From an uncultured Trueperaceae bacterium (GTDB taxonomy: Bacteria > Deinococcota > Deinococci > Deinococcales > Trueperaceae): a stretch of 64,000 nucleotides of DNA. The DNA lies in assembly GCA_913057685.1 (NCBI GenBank), contig CAJXOA010000007.1:3123-67122 (forward strand), in the 5' to 3' direction. The notes under the pieces are model-generated. The model made no database searches and was not told where the DNA came from. It was given only the letters and a program-made list of their open reading frames with translations. Both the position numbers and the translations under genes were made by a program. This document shows positions 1-8,367 of this stretch, one piece after another. How positions within the stretch are numbered: position 1 is the first letter of the stretch; every line of letters starts with the position of its first letter.

Positions 1-74
1 ACGGGGGCGCCGTCGGCGCCGGTCCCCGCCAGGGTGCAGGTCTTGGCCAGGCCGCAGAAGGAACAGGCGTTCAC
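1..74 (-). CDS. hypothetical protein, N-terminal fragment only (continues off window); begins VNACSFCGLAKTC
   Basis: The GTG at 74-72 forms a GTGA junction with the stop of the upstream FeoA-like gene. The frame stays open to position 1. The fragment is too short to assign a family. Confidence 0.3.
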   Translation of the reverse strand, partial: MNACSFCGLAKTCTLAGTGADGAP

Positions 75-415
75 GGCAATGCCTCCTCGGGGACGGGGTC
101 GTGCGCCTCGTCGTTCGCGTCGACGAGGATGTGGGCGGCGTCGTCGGCGCGGACCATGACGTGGACCGAGCCGGCGCGGAGGTGGAGCGGGCCCTGGTTC
201 GGCGAGCGACCGACCACGTGACAGACCGTGCTGGGTCGCACGCCGAGGGCGAGGAGGCGTTTGACGGTGCGGGGGGCGCCCGCCAGCTTCACGATGCGCG
301 CTGCGCGTCCGCAGGCCAAGCGGTCGAGCCCGCACAGCTCGCAGGGGGCGTCGCGGGCGCCGTCGTCCGGCGGGGGCGCCGCGGAAACTGGAGTCCTGGG
401 CTCAACTTTTTCCAT
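71..415 (-). CDS. FeoA-domain (SH3-like) protein with an N-terminal CxxC...C segment
   Basis: ORF 71..448. The C-terminal stretch IVKLAGAPRTVKRLLALGVRPSTVCHVVGRSPNQGPLHLRAGSVHVMVRADDAAHILV has the FeoA/DtxR-C pattern. The ATG at 415 is my chosen start; 448 is an alternative. Confidence 0.6.
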   Translation of the reverse strand: MEKVEPRTPVSAAPPPDDGARDAPCELCGLDRLACGRAARIVKLAGAPRTVKRLLALGVRPSTVCHVVGRSPNQGPLHLRAGSVHVMVRADDAAHILVDANDEAHDPVPEEALP

Positions 416-514
416 GGGCCGAGTCTGCCCCGCCCCTCCGGGGCGCACCCAGGGACATTCCTACCGCGGCGCTCGGGAATGGTCGGGCGGCCGCCCCGCG
501 CGCTACCCTGCCCC

Positions 515-1300
515 ATGCCCGAGCGCGCCCCCCACCCCCCGTCCGTCGACCTCGCCGCCGACGCCGGCGAATCGTTCGGCCCCTGGAGAATGGGGGACGA
601 CGAGGCCCTCTTCGCGTCCCTCAGCAGCGCGCACGTCGCCTGCGGCGCACACGCCGGCGACCCCGGTACCCTCCGCCGCACCGCCCGCCTCGCCCGCGAG
701 GCCGGCGTCGCGGTCGGCGCCCACCCCGGCTACCCCGACCGCGTCGGCTTCGGCCGCCGCGAGCTGGCGATGACGCCCGAGGAGATCCACGACGCGGTGC
801 TCTACCAACTCGGGGCGCTCGCCGGCGTCCTCACCGCCGAACGCCTCGCGCTGCACCACGTCAAACCGCACGGCGCCCTGCACCACCGCACCGCCGCCGA
901 CCCCGGCGCCGCCGCCGCCCTCGCGCAGGCCGTCGCGACATTCGACGCCTCGCTCCCCCTCGTCGTCCTCGCCGGCCCCGGCGGCGACGTGCAGCGCGCC
1001 GCCGCCCACGGCGCCGGCCTCGCGACCCTCGACGAGGGTTTCCCCGACCGCGGCTACCTCGCCAGCGGCCGCCTCGCGCCCCGCGGTCGCGACGGAGCGA
1101 TGGTGCACGACCCCGACGCCGCCGCCGCGCGGGCGCGGCACATGGTGCACGGCACCCCGTTCGCCGCCGTCGACGGCGGCGAGGTCCAGGTCCGCGCCGA
1201 CACCCTCTGCATCCACGGCGACGGCCCCACCGCCCCCGCGATCGCCCGCGCCATCCGCGCGGTGCTCGACGCCGACGGCGTGGCGGTCCGGCCGGCGTGA
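515..1300 (+). CDS. pxpA: 5-oxoprolinase subunit A (LamB/YcsF family)
   Basis: Internal ATG of ORF 101..1300. Motifs VDLAADAGESFG, ACGAHAGDP, HHVKPHGALH and TLCIHGDGP are typical of LamB/YcsF. Confidence 0.85.
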   Translation: MPERAPHPPSVDLAADAGESFGPWRMGDDEALFASLSSAHVACGAHAGDPGTLRRTARLAREAGVAVGAHPGYPDRVGFGRRELAMTPEEIHDAVLYQLGALAGVLTAERLALHHVKPHGALHHRTAADPGAAAALAQAVATFDASLPLVVLAGPGGDVQRAAAHGAGLATLDEGFPDRGYLASGRLAPRGRDGAMVHDPDAAAARARHMVHGTPFAAVDGGEVQVRADTLCIHGDGPTAPAIARAIRAVLDADGVAVRPA

Positions 1301-2841
1301 CGCCCGCGCCGCCCCGTCCCGCCCGCGTCCGCAGCCGCACCGTGCGCGTCGCCGGCGACGACGGCGTCGCGGCGCAGGCGCTCGCCGCCGCCCTCCTCGA
1401 GGCGCCCCTCCCCGGCCTCCTGGACGTCGTCCCCAGCTACGCGTCGGTGTTCGTCGAGAGCGACGCCGACGTCCTCCCCGACGCCGTCCTCGAGGCCCGC
1501 CTGGCGACCGCCGCGGCGCACGCCGCCCCCCCGGCCGGCCGCGAGGTCCGCCTCCCCGTCCGCTACGACGGGCCGGACCTGGCCGCCGTCGCCGACGCCC
1601 TCGGGACCGACGTCGCCGACGTCGTCGCCCGCCACGCCGCCGCGACGTACCGCGTCGCCGCGCTCGGCTTCACCCCCGGGTTTCCCTTCCTCACCGGCCT
1701 CGACCCGACGTTGGCGCACCCCCGCCACCCCCGCCCCCGCGCCCGCGTGCCCGCCCACGCCGTCGCCATCGCCGACCACCAGGCGGGCATCTACCCCGCG
1801 CCGTCCCCCGGCGGCTGGCAGCTGCTCGGCACCGCCCTCGAGGCGGTGTACGCCCCCACCCGCGCGACGCCGTTCCTCCTCGCGCCGGGGGACGCGGTGC
1901 GCTTCGTGCCCGACGACGGCCCCACGCCGCCCGAGCCCGCCGCCCGCCCGCTCCGCCCCGACCTGCCCGACCACCCCCGCCTCGAGGTCCTCGAGGCCGG
2001 CCTCGCCGACCTCGTCGTCGACGGCGGCCGGCCGCTCGCCGGCCGCTTCGGGCTGGCGCGCGGCGGCCCGCTCGACGCGCCCGCGGCGCTCCGCGCCCAA
2101 CGGGCGGTCGGCAACCCCGCCGGCGCGCCGCTGCTCGAGGTCGCCCACGCCGGCCCCCGCCTCCGCGCGGTCGACGACGTCGTCGTCGCCTTCGCCGGCG
2201 GCGGCGTCCGCCCCCTCCGTAACGGCGCGCCGCTCCCGGACGGGACCGGTGTCGCCCTGGCGCGCGGCGACGTCCTCCACCTCGCGCCCGGCGCGCCCGG
2301 CGCGCGCGGCTACCTCGCCCTCGCCGGCGGCCTCGCGTCGGACACGTTCCTCGGGTCCGCCACGACCGACCTCCGCGGCCGCATCGGCCGGCCGTTGGCG
2401 GCCGGGGAGGTGCTCGGCGTCGCGACGCCCCGCCGCGCCCGGCCCGGCTTCGCGGTCCGCGCCCGCGCCCCGCTCCGCAGCCCCGGGGGCGTCACCTCGC
2501 TCCGGTTGACGGCGGGGCCGCACCCGGACGCAGACGCGCTCGCGGCGCTCCTCCGGGGACGGTTCGTCGTTCGGTCGGCCGACCGGACCGGCGTCCGCCT
2601 CGACGGGCCCGACGTCCCGGGCGGGCAGGGCGTCTCGGAGGGCACGCCGCTCGGCGCGATCCAGGTGCCGCCCGGCGGCGCCCCGACGATCCTGCTGCAC
2701 GACCGCGGATCGCTCGGGGGGTACGCCCTCCCCGCGCGCCTCCACCCCGCCGACGTCCCCCGCGCCGCCCAACTCCGCGCCGGGGACGTCGTCCGCTTCG
2801 CCTTCGTGCGGGGTCAGTACGCGACCTCGTCGATCGCGTAG
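1297..2841 (+). CDS. fused 5-oxoprolinase subunits B+C (KipI-KipA / allophanate hydrolase subunit 1+2 fusion)
   Basis: 514 aa. The N-terminal half (PSYASVFVE, LGFTPGFPFL, IYPAPSPGGWQLLG) is KipI-like. The C-terminal half (VLEAGLADLVVDGGR, GYLALAGG, SADRTGVRLDG, LGGY) is KipA-like. The GTG start overlaps the pxpA stop (GTGA). Confidence 0.85.
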   Translation: MTPAPPRPARVRSRTVRVAGDDGVAAQALAAALLEAPLPGLLDVVPSYASVFVESDADVLPDAVLEARLATAAAHAAPPAGREVRLPVRYDGPDLAAVADALGTDVADVVARHAAATYRVAALGFTPGFPFLTGLDPTLAHPRHPRPRARVPAHAVAIADHQAGIYPAPSPGGWQLLGTALEAVYAPTRATPFLLAPGDAVRFVPDDGPTPPEPAARPLRPDLPDHPRLEVLEAGLADLVVDGGRPLAGRFGLARGGPLDAPAALRAQRAVGNPAGAPLLEVAHAGPRLRAVDDVVVAFAGGGVRPLRNGAPLPDGTGVALARGDVLHLAPGAPGARGYLALAGGLASDTFLGSATTDLRGRIGRPLAAGEVLGVATPRRARPGFAVRARAPLRSPGGVTSLRLTAGPHPDADALAALLRGRFVVRSADRTGVRLDGPDVPGGQGVSEGTPLGAIQVPPGGAPTILLHDRGSLGGYALPARLHPADVPRAAQLRAGDVVRFAFVRGQYATSSIA

Positions 2842-4004
2842 CGCGCCACCCGCGCGGCGGGCGCCGCCCGCCGCGCCGCGGCGCGCAACGCCGCCTCCTG
2901 CGCCGCGAGGGCGGCGTCGTCCAGGTCGCGCAGGCCGTCGCGTTCGGCGAGGGCGGCGTAGCGCGAGTCCCCGTGCCGGACGAAGGGGGAGAGGTAGACG
3001 ACGTCCTCCGCACCGAGCGGGAGGCGCGCCAGCAGCGCCTCGGTGTCGCGCAGGTGGCCCTCGGCGAAGCGGTGCCCCCCGACCCCGACCATCAGGATCG
3101 CCGCGACCTCCAGGCCGGCGCGTTTGAGGTCGCCGACGAACGCCGCGGCGGCGTCCGCCCCGCCCGGCTTGTTCAGGTACGCCAGCAGCGGGTCGTGCCC
3201 CGTCTCGAGCCCCACCGCGACGCGCCGCACCCCCCGCGCGCGGAGCGTCCGCCACGCCGCCACCGGCGTGCGTTCCCCGCCGAAGACGTCGACGAACCCC
3301 GTCACGTCGCGGCCCGGGAAGGCGCCGTGCACGACGTCGAGGACCTCGAGCAGGCGGTCCTGGGACAGGACGAGGGCGTTGCCGTCGGCCAGGAAGACGC
3401 TGCGGCGTCCGGCGAGCGCCCGACCGAACAGGGCCCGGACCGCCGCCACGTGCGCCTCGAGCGCCGCGCGCGAGCGGACCTGGAACGGGCGGTCCTGGTA
3501 GAAGGTGCAGTACGTACAGCGGTTCCACGCACACCCGAACGTCGCCTGCACCACCACCGCGCCGTACGCGTCCGGCGGCAGGATCGCGATCGGGGCGTAC
3601 GCCGCGGCGAAGCGGTCCGCCTCCCCGCGCAGCGCGTCGGGCGTCCACCGCACCGCGTCGCGCAGGCGCGCCGCGAGGGGTGCGGCGTCGCCCGCCACGC
3701 CGTCGGACGCGTCCCGCAGCCCGCCCGCCGCGTGCGCGGCGGCGGCGTCGGCGGCGACCTCCGCGGCGCGCGCGAAGCGCGCCTCCGCCTCGGCCGGCGA
3801 TAACGTCCAGCGCCGCCGGACGCCCCCGACGGTGCGCCGCGCGACGACGTCGCTGGCCAGCGTCCGCTTGTACGTCGTGCCGCCCTCGAACCAGGTCTGC
3901 GGGCGCCCCTCGAGGTCGTACGCGACGACGACGTCGCGGTGGGGGCTGAGGGTCGTGGCGGTGGGTCGGACGGTGACGCGCCACCCCTCGGGCGTCGTGG
4001 GCAC
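2814..4004 (-). CDS. radical SAM domain protein with an about 140-aa N-terminal domain of unknown function
   Basis: 396 aa. The Cys cluster GCAWNRCTYC (nt 3507-3533), followed by FLADGNAL, GLETG and ILMVGVGG, reads as a radical SAM TIM-barrel core. GTG start at 4004. Confidence 0.75.
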   Translation of the reverse strand: MPTTPEGWRVTVRPTATTLSPHRDVVVAYDLEGRPQTWFEGGTTYKRTLASDVVARRTVGGVRRRWTLSPAEAEARFARAAEVAADAAAAHAAGGLRDASDGVAGDAAPLAARLRDAVRWTPDALRGEADRFAAAYAPIAILPPDAYGAVVVQATFGCAWNRCTYCTFYQDRPFQVRSRAALEAHVAAVRALFGRALAGRRSVFLADGNALVLSQDRLLEVLDVVHGAFPGRDVTGFVDVFGGERTPVAAWRTLRARGVRRVAVGLETGHDPLLAYLNKPGGADAAAAFVGDLKRAGLEVAAILMVGVGGHRFAEGHLRDTEALLARLPLGAEDVVYLSPFVRHGDSRYAALAERDGLRDLDDAALAAQEAALRAAARRAAPAARVARYAIDEVAY

Positions 4005-4020
4005 GGGGCCGGCCGTCCGT

Positions 4021-4497
4021 TCAGTCGCGGGCGTACGTCCCCACGAGCCGGCTCATGCCCAGCAGGTGCGGCTCCACCTCGCGCAGCAGCGTCGGCAGGT
4101 CGATGCCCGCGGGCAGCGTGAGGTCGGCGTCGAGCGCCAACAGCCAGAAGTAGTAGTGGTGCTTGCCGTGCCCCTCGGGCGGCATCGGCCCGGTGTAGCC
4201 CTCGCCGCCGTGGTCGGCGAGGCCGTGCGTGCCGACCTGCGCCCCCTCGGGCAGTTCGCGCAGGTCGCCCGGGAGGCCTTGGACGATCCAGTGCACGAAG
4301 CCGTACGCCCCGTTCTTGACGAGCGGCGCGTCGGGGTCGTGGCAGAACAACGCGAAGCTGCGGGTGCCCTCCGGGACCCCCTCCCAGTGCAGCGGCGGGC
4401 TGAGGTTCTCCCCGTCGCCGGCGTGCCGGGTGGGGATGGCGGCGTGGTAGCCGAACGCGGAACTGCGGAGCTTCATGTCGGACGGGGCGAACGCCAT
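4021..4497 (-). CDS. YbhB/YbcL family Raf-kinase-inhibitor-like (PEBP) protein
   Basis: Motifs NLSPPLHWEGVP, FALFCHDPDAP, FVHWIV, YTGPMPP..GKHHYYF and LLALD are typical of the bacterial PEBP family. Confidence 0.85.
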   Translation of the reverse strand: MAFAPSDMKLRSSAFGYHAAIPTRHAGDGENLSPPLHWEGVPEGTRSFALFCHDPDAPLVKNGAYGFVHWIVQGLPGDLRELPEGAQVGTHGLADHGGEGYTGPMPPEGHGKHHYYFWLLALDADLTLPAGIDLPTLLREVEPHLLGMSRLVGTYARD

Positions 4498-4539
4498 GGC
4501 GGACCTCCTCGCGGCCGAACGGGGCCGCATGGCGCGATG

Positions 4540-7011
4540 CTACGCCCCCCGGCCCTCCGCTGTCGCGCGGTCGCGCACGTCCCCGCCGCCCGGCGGGGGG
4601 GTCGTCTCCGCCGCCCGCGCGGCGGCGGCGATCGCCGCCTGCCCCAGCGCGACGCCGCCGTCGCCGGGCGGCACCGCCCGGTTCCACCAGACCTCGAGGC
4701 CGGCGTCGGCGAGGTCGCGGGTCGCGAGCTCGTGCAGCAGGCGGTTCTGCCACACCCCGCCCGACAGGACGACCGCGTCGTACGGCGTGGACCGCGCGAA
4801 CGTCTCCGCGGCGGTGCGGACCGCCCGCGCGACCGCGGCGTGGAAGCGCAGCGCGACCGTCCGCACGTCGGTCCCGGCCGCCAGGTCCTCGAGGAGCGCC
4901 TGCAGCAGCACCTCGGTGCGCCACACCCCGCCCCGCGCCGGCAGCTCCGGTGCGGCGTCCAGCCACATTCGGGCGGCGTCGTGCGCCAGCCGGCCGTCGG
5001 GGCCGAAGGGCGGCGCGCCGTCCGCCGCCCACGCCTGCGCCTCGAGCCCCATGGCGGCCTGCCCCTCGTAGCTCATCGTGCCCTCGAACCCGCACAACGC
5101 CGCGACCGCGTCGAACGCCCGCCCCATGCTGGACGTCATCGGGGTGTTCAGATCGGCGTCGATCGCCTGCTGCGCCATCGCGACCCGGCGGGCCTCGAGG
5201 CGCGGACGCCACAGGTCCGGGTCGCACGCCTGCAGGAAGCCGGTCGCCGCCTGTGCCGGCGCGCGGGCGGCGGCGTCGCCGCCCGGCAGCGGGACGGGCG
5301 CCAGGTGCCCGACGCGGGCGTAGCCGACCTCGACGGAGCCGTGCAGGATCTCGCCGCCCCACACCGTCCGGTCGCGCCCCAAGCCGGTCCCGTCGAAGGC
5401 GAACCCGAGGACCGTCGCGCCCCACGCCCCGCGCTCCGCGGCGACGCTGGCGACGTGCGCCTCGTGGTGCTGCACCGCGTGGGTACGGCCCCCGAGCGCG
5501 TGCGCGTGGCGGGTGGAGGGGTAGCCCTCGTGCAGGTCGTGCGCGATCCACGCCTCGTGCGGCGCGACGTCGTACATCGTCGTGAGGTCCTCGACCGCCT
5601 CGTGGAACGCCTGCAAGGCATCGAAGTCGTCGAGGTCGCCCAGGTGTTGGCTTTGGAAGGCGTAGCCGTCGGTCGCGAGCACGACCGCGTTCTTCAGCAT
5701 CGCGCCGACCGCCAGGAGCGGCGCGCCCCACGCCGCGTGCCGCGCGACCGGCGCCGGGGCGTAACCGCGGGCGCGGCGCAGGACGACCGGCGCGCCGGAC
5801 AGGACCGTCGCGACGCTGTCGTCGACCCGCCGCGCGATCGGTCGTTCCCCGGTCAGGAAGCCGTCGGCGAGGCCGCCCTCCCCCCCGAGCCGGGCGATCG
5901 CCTCGTCGTCGCCGTAGGCGATCGGTTCCCCCGCCCGGTTGGCGCTGGTCATGACCAGCAGCGGCGGCGCGCCGGCGTCGAACAGCAGGTGCTGCAGCGG
6001 CGTGTAGGGCAGCATCACGCCCAGGTCGCCGCTCTCCGGCGCCAGGCCACCGGGCAGGTCGTCGCGGGCGCGGGGCGCGAGGACGATCGGCGTCGCGACG
6101 TCGGTGAGCAGGGCGTTCACGGCGTCGGTCGCCCGCACGGTGCTCATCGCGACCGCCCGGTCGCGGGCCATCAACGCGAACGGCTTGTCGCGGCGCGCCT
6201 TGCGGGCCCGGAGGGCGTCGACCGCCGCGGCGTTGCGGGCGTCGCAGGCGAGGTGGTATCCCCCGAGCCCCTTGATCGCGAGGATCGCGCCGTCGCGCAG
6301 CGCGGCCGCCGTCGCCCGCACCGCCGCGTCGCCCTCCGCCGTCACGACGCCGTCGCGGTCGCGGGCGTGCACCTGCGGGCCGCAGGCGGGGCAGGCGACC
6401 GGTTGGGCGTGGAAGCGGCGGTCGAGCGGGTCGTGGTACTCCGCGGCGCACGCGTCGCACAGCGCGAAGTCCGCCATCGTGGTCAGCGGCCGGTCGTAGG
6501 GGAGGCCGCGAATGATCGACCAGCGCGGCCCGCAGTTCGTGCAGTTGACGTACGGGTAGCGGTACCGCCGGTCGTCGGGATCGAACAGCTCCCGTCGGCA
6601 GTCGGGACAGATCGGCAGGTCCGGCGCGATCAGCGTCGTCGGGTGGCCCCCCTCGCCGCTCGCGCGGATCGTGAACGCCGGCGCGTCCGCCGCCGGCGCG
6701 GCGCGCGCCGCGTCCGCTTCGGCGTCGGTGGCGGGGCGGCGGTCGTGCACCTCGACCGCCTCGACGACCGACGCGAACGGCGCCTCGGCGTCGAGCGCGA
6801 CGGCGAAGGCGTCGAGGGCGTCGGGCGTCCCGGTCGCTTCGGCGAGGACCCCCTCGCCGTCGTTGCGGACCCAGCCGGCGAGGTGGTGGGCGTTGCCGAG
6901 GCGGTAGACGAACGGGCGGAAGCCGACCCCCTGCACCACCCCCCGCACCCGGAAGCGGGCGGTCTCGTACGTCGGGACGTCCGGCGGCGGCACGCCCCCA
7001 TGATGCCGCAT
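4540..7011 (-). CDS. hypF: carbamoyltransferase HypF
   Basis: Acylphosphatase domain (VRGVVQGVGFRPFVYRL). Two CxxC-x18-CxxC zinc fingers (CPDCRRELFDP..RYRYPYVNCTNCGPRW and CDACAAEY..RRFHAQPVACPACGP). YrdC-like and Kae1-like halves follow. The ATG at 7011 was verified in frame. Confidence 0.9.
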   Translation of the reverse strand: MRHHGGVPPPDVPTYETARFRVRGVVQGVGFRPFVYRLGNAHHLAGWVRNDGEGVLAEATGTPDALDAFAVALDAEAPFASVVEAVEVHDRRPATDAEADAARAAPAADAPAFTIRASGEGGHPTTLIAPDLPICPDCRRELFDPDDRRYRYPYVNCTNCGPRWSIIRGLPYDRPLTTMADFALCDACAAEYHDPLDRRFHAQPVACPACGPQVHARDRDGVVTAEGDAAVRATAAALRDGAILAIKGLGGYHLACDARNAAAVDALRARKARRDKPFALMARDRAVAMSTVRATDAVNALLTDVATPIVLAPRARDDLPGGLAPESGDLGVMLPYTPLQHLLFDAGAPPLLVMTSANRAGEPIAYGDDEAIARLGGEGGLADGFLTGERPIARRVDDSVATVLSGAPVVLRRARGYAPAPVARHAAWGAPLLAVGAMLKNAVVLATDGYAFQSQHLGDLDDFDALQAFHEAVEDLTTMYDVAPHEAWIAHDLHEGYPSTRHAHALGGRTHAVQHHEAHVASVAAERGAWGATVLGFAFDGTGLGRDRTVWGGEILHGSVEVGYARVGHLAPVPLPGGDAAARAPAQAATGFLQACDPDLWRPRLEARRVAMAQQAIDADLNTPMTSSMGRAFDAVAALCGFEGTMSYEGQAAMGLEAQAWAADGAPPFGPDGRLAHDAARMWLDAAPELPARGGVWRTEVLLQALLEDLAAGTDVRTVALRFHAAVARAVRTAAETFARSTPYDAVVLSGGVWQNRLLHELATRDLADAGLEVWWNRAVPPGDGGVALGQAAIAAAARAAETTPPPGGGDVRDRATAEGRGA

Positions 7012-7120
7012 CGCCCCGGTGGGGGGCGGGGCGGGCGTCCCGCGCCGGCGCCCCCCACCGACGCCGCCCACCCATGCCGGCGCGTCCGGCGGCGCCCGGC
7101 CGCGTTGGTAGCATCCGTGC

Positions 7121-7729
7121 GTGCCCGCCCCCACCCGTCCCGCCACCGCCCGGTCGCCCCTCGACGCCCCCCCGCCGTTCACGGGGGCGGTCCTGGCGGG
7201 CGGCGCCTCGCGGCGCTTCGGGACCGACAAGTGCCTGCACCCCTACCGCGGAACGACCCTCCTGCAGCACGCCCTCGCCGCCCTCGCCGCCGCCGACGAA
7301 CGCCTCGTCGTCGGGCGGGAGGCGACCGAAGGGCCCGGCGCCCGCTGGATCCCCGACGCCCACCCCGGCCTCGGGCCGGTGGGCGGCGTGCACGCCGCCG
7401 TCGGCGCGGCGCGCCACGACTGGGTCGCGACCCTCGCGTGCGACATGCCGTTCGTGACGCCCGCCCTGTGGCCCGCCCTGTTCGCGTACGCCGACCCCGG
7501 CGCGCGGGTCGTGATGCCCGAGGGGCCGAGCGGCCTCGAGCCGCTCGCGGCGCTCTACCACCGCGACCTGCACGCCGACCTCGCGGGGCGCGTCGCGGCG
7601 GGGGAGCGCATCCCCTTGCGCTGGCTCCGCAAGGAACCCGGCGGCGTCGTCGTGCCCTGGGACCTCCTGGCCCCCCACCTGCCCGACGCGACGTTCGTGA
7701 ACGCCAACCGACCGGAGGACCTGCCATGA
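7121..7729 (+). CDS. mobA: molybdenum cofactor guanylyltransferase
   Basis: Motifs GAVLAGGASRRFG.DK, GLGPVGG and LACDMPFV; 202 aa; GTG start. Confidence 0.85.
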   Translation: MPAPTRPATARSPLDAPPPFTGAVLAGGASRRFGTDKCLHPYRGTTLLQHALAALAAADERLVVGREATEGPGARWIPDAHPGLGPVGGVHAAVGAARHDWVATLACDMPFVTPALWPALFAYADPGARVVMPEGPSGLEPLAALYHRDLHADLAGRVAAGERIPLRWLRKEPGGVVVPWDLLAPHLPDATFVNANRPEDLP

Positions 7730-8367
7730 GGACCGACCGCGGCGACCCCGACCGCCCCGACGACGCGCTGACGCCGGCCGTCCGCGACCGGCGCAGCCGC
7801 GTCGCCTTCGCCCCCGACCCGCTCCCCGCCGACGTCGAGCGGCGCCTGTTCGACGCGGCCCGCTGGGCGCCGTCGGGGGGGAACGGCCAACCGTGGCGGT
7901 TCGTCGTCACCCGCCGCGGGACCCCCGGGCACGACGCCCTCGCGGCGTCGCTGCGGCCCGGCAACGCCTGGGCGACCGCCGCCCCGCTGCTCGTCGCGAC
8001 GGTCGTGCGGACGGTGCACGTCCACCCCGAGAAGCCCCCGAAACGCAACCGGCACGCCCTGCTCGACCTCGGCCTCGCGACCGGCAACCTGCTGGCGCAG
8101 GCGACGGCGGACGGCGTCGTGGCGCACGCGATGGGCGGCTTCGACCGCGACGTCGCCTTCGACGCGATCGGCGTGCGCGCGCCGTGGGACGTCGGCGTCC
8201 TGGTGGCGCTCGGGTGGCCCGGCGACCCGGACGCCCTCCCCGAGGAGGTGCGCGCCAAGGAGACCGGACCGCGGGTCCGCCTCCCCCTCGACGCGCTCGT
8301 CTTCGAGGACCGCCTCGACCCGGCGGAGGCCGCCCCCGACGACGACGCGGAGGCGGGCGGAGCGTGA
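7726..8367 (+). CDS. nitroreductase family protein
   Basis: Motifs RRSRVAFAPDPLP and ARWAPSGGNGQPWRFVV. Its ATG overlaps the mobA stop (ATGA), and its stop overlaps the moeA GTG. Confidence 0.8.
   Translation: MRTDRGDPDRPDDALTPAVRDRRSRVAFAPDPLPADVERRLFDAARWAPSGGNGQPWRFVVTRRGTPGHDALAASLRPGNAWATAAPLLVATVVRTVHVHPEKPPKRNRHALLDLGLATGNLLAQATADGVVAHAMGGFDRDVAFDAIGVRAPWDVGVLVALGWPGDPDALPEEVRAKETGPRVRLPLDALVFEDRLDPAEAAPDDDAEAGGA

Noticed and set aside
1054-8367. Very long ORFs overlapping or antisense to the annotated genes: 1054..3984 (-, 976 aa), 3302..7678 (-, 1458 aa) and 3505..8367 (+, 1620 aa, apart from its last about 213 codons).
   Set aside because: Their translations are monotonous Arg/Pro/Gly/Ala strings with no motifs. 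Stop-poor alternative frames are expected at more than 70% G+C. The overlapping frames carry clear family signatures (HypF, radical SAM, MobA and others).
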